A stretch of 64,000 bases of DNA from Eledone cirrhosa (Eukaryota). The stretch is from positions 6,262,001 through 6,326,000 of the forward strand of contig OZ024740.1 of assembly GCA_964016885.1 (NCBI GenBank). The letters run 5' to 3'. Made by a program: the position numbers and the translations under genes. Each line of letters opens with the position of its first letter. Positions within the stretch are counted from its first letter, which is position 1. Shown one piece after another: positions 1 to 10,794 of this stretch. The notes beneath the pieces were generated by a model, which searched no databases, was not told where the DNA came from, and saw only the letters and a list, made by a program, of their open reading frames with translations.

Positions 1-3000
1 AAGTTCTTCACCAAAGAGAATTATACCAAAATATTCATAGAACTGGTATATATATGATTGTATAGTGTCATTTGTAGAAATACTTCACCAAAGAGATTTA
101 TACCAAAATATTCATAGATCTGGTATATATATGATTGTATAGTGTCCTTACTAGAAATACTGCACCAAAGAGATTTATACCAAAATATTCATAGAACTGG
201 TTATATATGATAGTATAGTGTCCTTAGTAGAAATTCTTCACCAAAGAGATTTATACCAAAATATTCATAGCACTGGAATATATATGATTGTATAGTGTCC
301 TCAGTAGAAATTCTTCACCAAAGAGATTACCAAAATATTCATAGAACAGCTATATTTATGATTGTATGGTGTCCTTAGTAGAAATACTTCACCAAAGAGA
401 TTTATACCAAAATATTCACAGAACTGGTATATATATGATTGTCTAGTGTCCTTAGTAGAAATTCTTCACCAAAGAGATTCATACCAAAATATTCATAGAA
501 CTGGTATATATATTATTATATAGTGTCCTTAGTAGAAATTCTTCACCAAAGAGATTTATACCAAAATATTCATAGAACTGGTATATATATGATTGTATGA
601 TGTCCTTAGTAGAAATTCTTCACCAAAGATTTTATACCAGAATATTCATAGAACTGGTTTATTTATGATTGTATAGTGTCCTTCGTAGAAATTCTTAAGC
701 AAAGAGATTTTTACCAAAATATTCATAGAACTGGTATATATATGATTGTATAGTGTCCTTAGTAGAGGTTCTTCACCAAAGAGAATTATACCAAAATATT
801 CATAGAACTGGTATATATATGATTGTATAGTGTCCTTAGTAGAAATTCTTCACGAAAGATTTTATACCCAAATATTCATAGAACTGGTATATATATGATC
901 GTATAGTGTTCTTAGTAGAAATTGTTTACCAAAGAGAATTATAGCCAAATATTCATAGAACTGGTATATATATGATTGTATAGTGTCCTTAGTAGAAATA
1001 CTTCACCAAACAGATTTATACCAAAATATTCATAGAACTGGTATATATATGATTGTATAGTGTCACTAGTAGAAATTCTTCTCGAAAGAGATTCATACCA
1101 AAATATTCATAGAACTGGTATATATATGATTGTATAGTGTCCTCAGTAGAAATTCTTCACCAAAGAGATTTATACCAACATATTCATAGAACTGGTATAT
1201 ATATGATTCTATAGTGTACTTAGTAGAAGTTCTTCACCAAAGAGAATTATACCAAAATATTCATAGAACTGGTATATATATGATTGTATAGTGTCATTTG
1301 TAGAAATACTTCACCAAAGAGATTTATACCAAAATATTCATAGATCTGGTATATATATGATTGTATAGTGTCCTTACTAGAAATACTGCACCAAAGAGAT
1401 TTATACCAAAATATTCATAGAACTGGTTATATATGATAGTATAGTGTCCTTAGTAGAAATTCTTCACCAAAGAGATTTATACCAAAATATTCATAGCACT
1501 GGAATATATATGATTGTATAGTGTCCTCAGTAGAAATTCTTCACCAAAGAGATTACCAAAATATTCATAGAACAGCTATATTTATGATTGTATGGTGTCC
1601 TTAGTAGAAATACTTCACCAAAGAGATTTATACCAAAATATTCACAGAACTGGTATATATATGATTGTCTAGTGTCCTTAGTAGAAATTCTTCACCAAAG
1701 AGATTCATACCAAAATATTCATAGAACTGGTATATATATGATTGCATAGTGTCCTTAGTAGAAATTCTTCACCAAACAGATTCATACCAAAATATTCACA
1801 GAACTGGTATATATATGATTGTATAATGTCCTTAGTAGCAATTCTTCACCAAACAGATTTATACAAAAATATTCATAGAACTGGTATACATATATGATTG
1901 TATAGTGTCCTTAGTAGAAGTTCTTCACCAAAGACTTTATACCAAAATATTCATAGAACTGGTATATATATGATTGTATAGTGTCCTTCGTAGAAATTCT
2001 TAAGCATAGAGATTTATACCAAAATATTCATAGAACTGGTATATATATGATTTTGTAGTGTCCTTAGTAGAAATTCTTCACCAAAGAGATTTATACCCAA
2101 ATATTCATAGAACTGTTATATATATGATTGTATAGTGTCCTTAGTAGAAATTCTTCACCAAAGAGATTTATACCAACATATTCATAGAACTGGTATATAT
2201 ATGATTGTATAGTGTACTTAGTAGAAGTTCTTCACCAAAGACAATTATACCAAAATATTCATAGAACTGGTATATATATGATTGTATAGTGTCCTTTGTA
2301 GAAATACTTCACCAAAGAGATTTATACCAACAATTTCATAGATCTGGTATATATATGATTGTATAGTGTCCTTACTAGAAATACTTCACCAAAGAGATTT
2401 ATACCAAAATATCCATAGAACTGGTATATATATGATTGTATAGTGTCCTTAGTAGAAATTCTTCACCAAAGAGATTTATACCAAAATAATCATAGAACTG
2501 GTATATATATGATTGTATAGTGTCCTTAGTAGAAATACTGCACCAAAGAGATTTATACCAAAATATCCATGGAACTGGTATATATATGATTGTATAGTGT
2601 CCTTAGTAGAAATTCCTCACCAAAGAGATTTATACCAAAATATTCATAGAACTGGTATATATATGATTGTATAGTGTCCTTAGTAGAAACACTTCACCAA
2701 ACAGATTTATACCAAAATATTCATAGAACTGGTATATATATGATTGTATAGTGTCACTAGTAGAAATTCTTCTCGAAAGAGATTCATACCAAAATATTCA
2801 TAGAACTGGTATATATATGATTGTATAGTGTCCTCAGTAGAAATTCTTCACCAAAGAGATTTATACCAACATATTCATAGAACTGGTATATATATGATTG
2901 TATAGTGTACTTAGTAGAAGTTCTTCACCAAAGAGAATTATACCAAAATATTCATAGAACTGGTATATATATGATTGTATAGTGTCCTTTGTAGAAATAC

Positions 3001-5412
3001 TTCACCAAAGAGATTTATACCAAAATATTCATAGATCTGGTATATATATGATTGTATAGTGTCCTTACTAGAAATACTTCACCAAAGAGATTTATACCAA
3101 AATATTCACAGAACTGCTTATATATGATAGTATAGTGTCCTTAGTAGAAATTCTTCACCAAAGAGATTTATACCAAAATATTCATAGCACTGGTATATAT
3201 ATGATTGTATAGTGTCCTCAGTAGAAATTCTTCACCAAAGAGATTACCAAAATATTCATAGAACAGCTATATTTATGATTGTATAGTGTCCTTAGTAGAA
3301 ATACTTCACCAAAGAGATTATACCAAAATATTCACAGAACTGGTATATATATGATTGTCTAGTGTCCTTAGTAGAAATTCTTCACCAAAGAGATTCATAC
3401 CAAAATATTCATAGAACTGGTATATATATGATTGCATAGTGTCCTGAGTAGAAATTATTCACCAAAGAGATTTATACCAAAATATTCATAGAACTTGTAT
3501 ATTTATGACTGTATGGTGTCCTGAGTAGAAATTCTTCACCAAAGTGATTTATACCCAAATATTCATAGAACTGGTATATATATGATTGTATAATGTCCTT
3601 AGGAGCAATTCTTCACCAAACAGATTTATACAAAAATATTCATAGAACTGGTATACATATATGATTGTATAGTGTCCTTAGTAGAAGTTCTTCACCAAAG
3701 ACTTTATACCAAAATATTCATAGAACTGGTATATATATGATTGTATAGTGTCCTTCGTAGAAATTCTTAAGCAAAGAGATTTATACCAAAATATTCATAG
3801 AACTGGTATATATATGATTGTGTAGTGTCCTTAGTAGAAATTCTTCACCAAAGAGATTTATACCCAAATATTCATAGAACTGTTATATATATGATTGTAT
3901 AGTGTCCTTAGTAGAAATTCTTCACCAAAGAGATTTATACCAAAATATTCATAGAACTGGTATACATATGATTGCATAGTGTCCCCGGTAGAAATTCTTC
4001 ACCAAAGAGATTTATACCAAAATATTCATAGAACTGATATACATATGATTGCATAGTGTCCCCGGTAGAAATTCTTCACCAAAGAGATTTATACCAAAAT
4101 ATTCATAGAACTGGTATATATATGTTTGTATAGTGTCCTTAGTAGAAATTCTTCTCCAAAGAGATTTATACTAAAACATTCATAGAACTGGTATATATAT
4201 ATGATTGTGTAGTGTCCTTAGTAGAAATACTTCACCAAAGAGATGTATACCAAAATATTCATAGAACTGGTATATATATGATTGTATAATGTCCTTAGTA
4301 GAAATTCTTCACCAAAGATTTTATACCAGAATATTCATAGAACTGGTATACTTATGATTGTATAGTGTCCTTCGTAGAAATTCTTAAGCAAAGAGATTTT
4401 TACCAAAATATTCATAGAACTGGTATATATATGATTGTATAGTGTCCTTAGTAGAGGTTCTTCACCAAAGAGAATTATACCAAAATATTCATAGAACTGG
4501 TATATATATGATTGTATAGTGTCCTTAGTAGAAATTCTTCACGAAAGATTTTATACCCAAATATTCATAGAACTGGTATATATATGATCGTATAGTGTTC
4601 TTAGTAGAAATTGTTTACCAAAGAGAATTATAGCCAAATATTCATAGAACTGGTATATATATGATTGTATAGTGTCCTTAGTAGAAATACTTCACCAAAC
4701 AGATTTATACCAAAATATTCATAGAACTGGTATATATATGATTGTATAGTGTCCCTAGTAGAAATTCTTCTCGAAAGAGATTCATACCAAAATATTCATA
4801 GAACTGGTATATATATGATTGTATAGTGTCCTCAGTAGAAATTCTTCACCAAAGAGATTTATACCAACATATTCATAGAACTGGTATATATATGATTGTA
4901 TAGTGTACTTAGTAGAAGTTCTTCACCAAAGACAATTATACCAAAATATTCATAGAACTGGTATATATATGATTGTATAGTGTCCTTTGTAGAAATACTT
5001 CACCAAAGAGATTTATACCAAAATTTTCATAGATCTGGTATATATATGATTGTATAGTGTCCTTACTAGAAATACTTCACCAAAGAGATTTATACCAAAA
5101 TATCCATAGAACTGGTATATATATGATTGTATAGTGTCCTTAGTAGAAATTCTTCACTAAAGAGATTTATACCAAAATATTCATAGAACTGGTATATATA
5201 TGATTGTATAGTGTCCTTAGTAGAAATACTGCACCAAAGAGATTTATACCAAAATATCCATGGAACTGGTATATATATGATTGTATAGTGTCCTTAGTAG
5301 AAATTCCTCACCAAAGAGATTTATACCAAAATATTCAAAGAACTGGTATATATATGATTGTATAGTGTCCTTAGTAGAAATACTTCACCAAACATTTTAT
5401 ACCAAAATATTT
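1..5412. repeat. 77-bp tandem satellite, ~70 copies, consensus AGTAGAAATTCTTCACCAAAGAGATTTATACCAAAATATTCATAGAACTGGTATATATATGATTGTATAGTGTCCTT; continues beyond left edge
   Basis: Direct periodicity (position 1 aligns with 78). Monomers differ by a few substitutions or 1-3 bp indels. The last degenerate monomer ends near 5410. Confidence 0.98.
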
Positions 5413-5621
5413 CGATAGAAATCCTAATAATTAAGGGAATTGTCGACTCTTTAACTGTATGATTAGTATTTTCATGAGGAACGGTATAGATACCAGGAAA
5501 ATTACTATCTTTGATTTCCATTCATACTTCAAGGCATAAGTACCGTCTAATCGATGGAATAATTCTTATAACGAAAATATTTCTGTGTCAGGTACATCCT
5601 TGTAATGGCTTTATTTCTATA

Positions 5622-6087
5622 TGGTGTTGTTGTTGTTGGTGGTGGTGGCGGTGTTGTTGGTGGTGGTATTGTTAGTGGTGGAGGTGTTGGTGGTAGTATT
5701 GGTGGTGTTGTTGGTGGTGGTAGCGTTCGTGGTAGTGGTGGTAGTGGTAGTGTTGGTGGTGGTGTTGTTGGTGGTGGTATTGTTGGTGGTGGAGATGTTT
5801 GTGGTAGTGTTGGTGGCGGTGGCGGTGGAGGTAGCATTGGTGGTGGTGGTAGTGTTAGTGGTGGTGGTGGTGGTGGTGTTGTTAGTGGTGATATTGTTGG
5901 TGGTGGAGGTGTTGGCGGTAGCGTTGGTGGTGTTGTTGGTGGCGGTAGCGTTGTTGGTGGCGGTAGTGTTGGTGGTGGTGATGGTAGTGTTGGTGGTGGT
6001 GTTATTGTTGTTGGTGGTGTTATTGTCGTTGGTGGTGGTATTTTATTTGGTGGTGTACAACAGTAACAACAACAATAACAACAACAG
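5622..6087. repeat. Imperfect trinucleotide microsatellite (GGT/GTT/AGT)n followed by short (CAA)n
   Basis: About 430 bp of ggt/gtt/agt triplets. They generate poly-G, poly-V and poly-P/T ORFs in several frames. Confidence 0.93.
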
Positions 6088-6490
6088 TATATAAAGATTG
6101 TGGAAACCAAAAGATCCTGGTGAATTAACTTTATTGCAGTTTTCTTTCATTTGTTTGATTAGTTAGTGAGTTCAATAATCAATCCATGGAGACTTCTGAT
6201 GTCCTTGGCCGTAGGACCACATTCGTACTCACCACCATTGACACGGAGTTGGCTATGAGTAGATGTCAGCCTTGTGAACTGTAATGGCTCTTTCAGTGTG
6301 TCTCCTTCATCATCCTCCAGGGATAGGCCTTCACTATTCTGTCCACAGGGGCTGCTGGGCAGCCAGCAATGTGGGCCCAAATTTGCTCATAATAGTGAGA
6401 GATGGGGAGACAGGGAGAGACGGAGGCAGTGACGGTGATAGTTTCGTTCTACTGTGTTCGGACCTAATATATATTTATTTAACACACCAC

Positions 6491-6496
<6 letters not shown>

Positions 6497-6534
<38 letters not shown>
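6497..6534. repeat. (TA)n microsatellite
   Basis: Pure AT dinucleotide run. Confidence 0.97.
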
Positions 6535-6536
<2 letters not shown>

Positions 6537-6903
6537 TCATCATCATTTTACGTCCGCTTTTCCCTGCTTGCAATGGTGGGACGGGTCCTATACAGCACAG
6601 CATCTTTCCACTTGTCACGGTCCTTCGTCATCTCCACCATAAGCTTCAGTGATATGAGGTCTGCTCTCACCACCTCCGCCCATGTTTTTTATGGTCTTCC
6701 TCTACTGTGTCTTCCTTCTACTGGGATTTCTTGGCACTTCTTTACCCAGCGGTCATCCTCCATGCACATCACATGTCTATACCATCGCAGTCTTCTCTCC
6801 TGCACACCACAACTTATCACTATTATATTCAATTTCTTTCTCAACTCACCCACGCTTGGTCGTTCATGCACACGGAGCATGCTTGCTTTATTTCTCTCGT
6901 CGC
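6535..6903 (-). mobile_element. 5'-truncated 3' end of an RTE-clade non-LTR retrotransposon (C-terminal ORF remnant, short 3'UTR, (ATG)n tail)
   Basis: Minus-strand translation ...VQERRLRWYRHVMCMEDDRWVKKCQEIPVEGRHSRGRP*KTW matches the RTE C-terminal RLRWxGHVxRM...GxRxRGRPxKTW pattern. It ends in (CAT)4 on +, which is an (ATG)n tail on the minus strand. Confidence 0.88.
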
Positions 6904-6925
6904 ATATATATATATATATATATAT
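6904..6925. repeat. (TA)n microsatellite
   Basis: Pure AT run on the other flank of the RTE fragment. Confidence 0.95.
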
Positions 6926-7003
6926 TGCCTCCATCATGGATCAACCAAGCGCTCTTGCCATAATAACACTTTTTGAACTGCTTATCCTCATGAACTATGC
7001 CTG

Positions 7004-7146
7004 TAAATAATATTATTCTGTCTTTCCCATTACCTTATCATGTTCCACAACACCCCCTTTTTTTCTTTTTCCTTTTTACTCAAAAACCTTGTTCATAAAT
7101 AATATTATTCTTTCTTTCCCATTTCCTTAACATGTTCAACATCACC
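7004..7146. repeat. Diverged ~50-bp direct repeat pair (7004-7054, 7096-7146)
   Basis: TAAATAATATTATTCTgTCTTTCCCATTaCCTTAtCATGTTCcACAaCACC vs TAAATAATATTATTCTtTCTTTCCCATTtCCTTAaCATGTTCaACAtCACC. Confidence 0.85.
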
Positions 7147-7182
7147 TTATATTCTTTCCAACATGTTATACCAATACAAATT

Positions 7183-7225
7183 CCCCCTTTGATAATGCAT
7201 AAAATGCTGAAACCGGTAATAGACA
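7183..7225 (+). ncRNA. Degenerate minimal type I hammerhead-ribozyme-like motif (Penelope pLTR type)
   Basis: TTGATAA-TGCA-TAAAA-TGCT-GAAACCGGTA. This gives a mutated CUGAnGA box, a stem II, GAAAC, palindromic ACCGGT and a GUA triplet. Stem I does not pair well. Confidence 0.35.
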
Positions 7226-7415
7226 ATTATTAAATATATAAATAAATAAATAAATAAATGCCATTGTTGATTAATAAATAAGTTAACTAATACCTTAACA
7301 CTTCCCACAAAGTAAAATATTTTGTTTTAAACATTTTCTAACCCAGAAAAAAGAGAAAACAAATTGAGGAAAAAAAATATTGTTCTTCCTAATAATCGTC
7401 TTTTTATCCCTATTT

Positions 7416-7468
<53 letters not shown>
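7416..7468. repeat. (CA)n(TA)n compound microsatellite
   Basis: Direct inspection. Confidence 0.96.
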
Positions 7469-7469
<1 letters not shown>

Positions 7470-8588
7470 CGAAGGAAGTGTGGTAAGGAACCAAATGGAC
7501 CATAACGCACCAGAGTACTCAATACTTAGGGTAGTGAGTGGGTAATAGGAAAATGTTTAACGCCGACGGCAGAGCTCAAGCCGTTTTGACGGCTATTTCT
7601 GGACCAAATTTGAATTTTTAGCGTGGTAAATAAATAGCCGAACTTTTCAAGGAGTAATTCCTTATACGGGAAGGTTGTAGTTGTCAAAAGGATTGGTCAA
7701 AATTTCTTGTAAACACAATTAAATCTTTCATGGCAGTGGGTAGGGGGTGGAGGTGCCTGAATTTACCTGTAGAACAATGAGGGAGTGGGTGGAGCCGGTT
7801 AAGTGTTGAAAGTGAATTCTATACAGCAAATTTCTAAGGAGTGTTTATGAAATTAGACTAGGTAGAAAGCAGGCGAAAAAGAATCCTGGAGGAATCTGAG
7901 AGTGGGACCTTAAAAAATTAAATAATAGAAAATAATAAAAAATCTCTAGAGTCTAAAGCAGCTGCTATATTTTTAGCTGGTATTGCTTTTTCGGCCAATG
8001 CTATATGGAATTTACTGGGTTGGGGGTACTGATGCTACAAAAGCCCGATAGGCTGCCTCTCAGGGTAAGTGAAAGAGGAAAAAGGAAAAGGAAGAGGCGA
8101 GGGAGTGGAAGGAAGTGATAAGAAGAGATAAAGGGAAAAAGAAAAGAAGTACATCTACCTATGTATGCTGGGGTTTCCTCTATCTTGTTCGGCAAGTGGG
8201 GAAAAGAGGAATGTTGCAGCCATTGTCTACTCACCCGGGACATGAGGGGGTTTGAGGGAGAGGTAAGTCCTATGCAATCGGTGTTTACATGCAGTTACAA
8301 GTTCGTTTTTTTTGTTTAGGAGTTGGTCCTTTGTAAACACCATTTGTATTGTTTCCTCCGAGCATAAATTACACGGACGGCGTCCTCCCATGTAGGAGTT
8401 AGCCCTGGACAGTAAGCTCCAAGTAAGATTGTATGTTATGTTATTATCTTGGAGGTCACAGATGTGGCCTGAGAGTGTAGTGGCATGTCGCCGGGCCGGG
8501 TTTCGGAACATATGTCGGTGTTGGTATAGCCGGGTCTTAAAGTCACAAGCGGTTAATCCGATATAGGCTTTGTTGGAGTTATAAACTC
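7469..8588 (-). mobile_element. Penelope-like retroelement 3' part: GIY-YIG endonuclease C-terminus plus probable 3'UTR; the left boundary is inferred
   Basis: The coding remnant at 8227-8583 is followed downstream on the minus strand by a pyrimidine-rich region that ends at the (TA)n tract. Confidence 0.6.
8227..8583 (-). pseudogene. Truncated GIY-YIG endonuclease domain of a Penelope-like element (Neptune-like C-terminus)
   Basis: Extending ORF 8227..8511 upstream gives YNSNKAYIGLTACDFKTRLYQHRHMFRNPARRHATTLSGHICDL...WSLL...CNLCSEE...LLNKKNELVTACKH. This contains YIG, the conserved R..H, CxLCxxE and LLNKxxE motifs. The GIY half is lost at a SINE. Confidence 0.88.
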
Positions 8589-8590
8589 CA

Positions 8591-8770
8591 AGTTTGAAGG
8601 GAAAGGAAAAGTTGATTAAATCAATCTCAGTGCATTACTGGTACTTTATTTTATTGACCCCGTAATGATGAAAGGCAAAGTGAACCTCAGCGGGATTTAA
8701 ACTCAGAATGTAAAGGGCCGTAATCCTATGCCATAAAGCATATTGTCCAATGCTCTACTGATACTGCTAG
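8591..8770 (-). mobile_element. tRNA-derived SINE copy with Deu/Nin-like central domain (diverged)
   Basis: On +: CTGGTACTTTATTTTATTGACCCCGTAATGATGAAAGGCAAAGTGAACCTCAGCGGGATTTAAACTCAGA, the reverse complement of a B box plus GCCTTTCATC...GGGGTCxATAAAATAAAGTACCAG. It is homologous to the neighbouring copies. Confidence 0.8.
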
Positions 8771-9019
8771 AGGAGTTCCTCAGACTTGATTTAATTGCTG
8801 ATTAAAACATTGTGTAGATGTAAATATAAAAAAAAACAAAAAAACTATCATTAGAAATGAAAATGATTATCCTTAGATCAGATCAAGAAAAACTATGTTT
8901 CCATTGATCTTTCAATATCTGTTGATTGCTACCACAGACAGATGTACAGATCATTCTATTGTTAATATCTGTTGATTGATAACATTGACAGATGTACAGA
9001 TCTTTCCATTGATAATAAT

Positions 9020-9238
9020 TGTTTCTAATTCAGACACAAGGCCAGCAGTTTGAAGGGGGAGGGGAAAATCAATGAAATCAACCCCAGTGCATTACTGGTG
9101 CTTTATTTTATCGACCTCATAAGGATGAAAGGCAAAGCTATCTTTGGCAGGATTTGAACTCAGACCATAAAGGGCCATAACTCTATGCTGCAAAGTATGG
9201 TGTCTGATGCTCTACCAATGTTGCTAATCCACCACCCT
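9020..9238 (-). mobile_element. Near full-length tRNA-derived SINE copy
   Basis: B box GAGTTCAAATCC on the minus strand (9150-9161), the same central domain, and a CCCCTCCCCC...GGCCTTGTG 3' part. Confidence 0.85.
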
Positions 9239-9250
9239 ATTGTTAATAAT

Positions 9251-9379
9251 AGTTTCTTATATAGGCACAAGGTCAGCAATTTGGGGGAGGGGAAAGTCAA
9301 TTAAATCGACCCCAGTGCGTGACTGGTACTTTATTTTATCGACCCCGTAAGGATAAAAGGCAAAGTTAACCTCGGCGGG
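9251..9379 (-). mobile_element. 5'-truncated copy of the same SINE flanked by the 12-bp direct repeat ATTGTTAATAAT
   Basis: It aligns with the 3' half of 9020-9238 and stops at the B box. Direct repeats lie at 9239-9250 and 9380-9391. Confidence 0.82.
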
Positions 9380-9544
9380 ATTGTTAATAATATCTGTTGA
9401 TTGCTACCACTGACAGATGCACAGATGTACAGATCTTTCTATTGTTAACGATATCTGTTGATTGCTACAACTAACATGTGTACAGATCTTTCTATACTGT
9501 TGATTGCTACCACTGACAGAAGTGCCACTATTTTCCTGGTGGCA

Positions 9545-9775
9545 TGAGGCAGGATTTGAATGCAGAATGTACAGAGAAAGAACAGATAATGCAAATTATC
9601 ACATCCAATGCTTTAATAATTTTCCCAATCAATCAATCGTGGACTGGTATTTTATTTATTGGCCACAAAGGGATGGAAAGTAAAGTTGACCTTTGAAAGA
9701 AATTAACTTTGAGCACCGAGAGCCGGAATAAATGTTACAAAGCATTTAATCAAGAGCTCTAATGACTGCTTTGCA
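9545..9775 (-). mobile_element. Two older, degraded fragments of the same SINE family
   Basis: GGCAGGATTTGAATGCAGAATGT (9548-) and GTGGACTGGTATTTTATTTATTGG...GGATGGAAAGTAAAGTTGACCT (9639-9692). Confidence 0.65.
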
Positions 9776-10794
9776 ACCATTTATCTCTAAAGAAGAAGTA
9801 AAAAGTCATAAGAATTATATTCTTATTCACATTTTCTTCTCCACTAAAGCGTGGAATCTTTGTGTTGAGATAAAGAAAACAGTTTCAATTCTCTAAAATG
9901 TGCCAAGACATTATTCTTCATATCCAATATATCTTCCATTGATAGTCAGCTTTGACTTAGTAAAATTTACCATTATATTTCTAGACTAGAACCAAGATAA
10001 TCAATGATTGATTGGTTTATTTAGAAACTGTCAAGGTGGTTTACAGATATAATGGTTATGCCTGTGATGGCGGAAGTCCTCAATGAATTGTGTCCTGCTG
10101 AAAATGATTAAAGAAAAATAGCCAAGACGTTAGATTTTAGATCAATCTGTTAAGAAATCAGCTTCACATTTATAATATTCACAATATTGTTAAGTTGCAG
10201 AGTGGCAGAACATATCTAAATACTGGGTAGAATGTCTTTTAGAATTTACTTAATATCTACAGTCTCAGGTCAAATCCCACTTGGTCTGATAATCTAAGTA
10301 CAAAGTATTTACTAGATGTAATGAGGTCAACCAAACTCACTCACCATAACTATGACTCAGGCCCAACTCCAGGATTTAGTTCTTCTACCAAGGAGAAGGA
10401 AGAGTGGGTGATGGGGTGGTGGGGACAGGTACTTAAATTAGAAATAATTCTAAGGAGGGGTTTGGGAATAAGCCTATCAACAGTCCACTCCAGTCCACCT
10501 AGCTGTAAGTGGGTACAACAGTGTGGTATAGTTTACTGTAGTGTCCATGAGCAAGACATTTCACTGTCAACAGTCCAGTCTATCTAGCTGTAAGTGGGTA
10601 CAACAATTAAGTGGTCTTAACCACAGAGTTGTGTCTGTTCTCAGAAAGCTGGTGAGGAGGGGGGGGGGGCAGTGAATGACAGGATATAATGTTTCCTCAT
10701 TGCAACATCTCCATCCCAGGATAATTCATCAGTTATCCATGTTACTTTCAATAACAACAACCATCCTTGAAATAACACTCTTTAGTTACTCAAT

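Larger units (their letters stand above)
8915..9521. repeat. ~49-bp minisatellite (about 5 units at ~8915, 8964, 9389, 9451, 9497) interrupted by SINEs
   Basis: The unit AATATCTGTTGATTGCTACCACTGACAGATGTACAGATCTTTCTATTGTT recurs with variants. Confidence 0.85.

Noticed and set aside
1-5412. CRISPR array or tRNA array (77-bp period)
   Set aside because: The whole unit is repeated with no unique spacers, and there is no cloverleaf or A/B box.
5321-5521. 66-aa ORF containing 'PGIYTVP', a possible GIY motif
   Set aside because: No YIG motif follows, and the ORF runs into the satellite.
5547-6110. Pro/Thr-rich extensin/mucin-like or Gly-rich protein
   Set aside because: It is a trinucleotide microsatellite open in several frames, with no supporting unique domain or gene structure.
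6159-6430. Possible minus-strand host exon (donor-like GGTGAGTA near 6226-6233, upstream pyrimidine tract)
   Set aside because: The acceptor is weak, I recognise no protein motif, and there are no partner exons.
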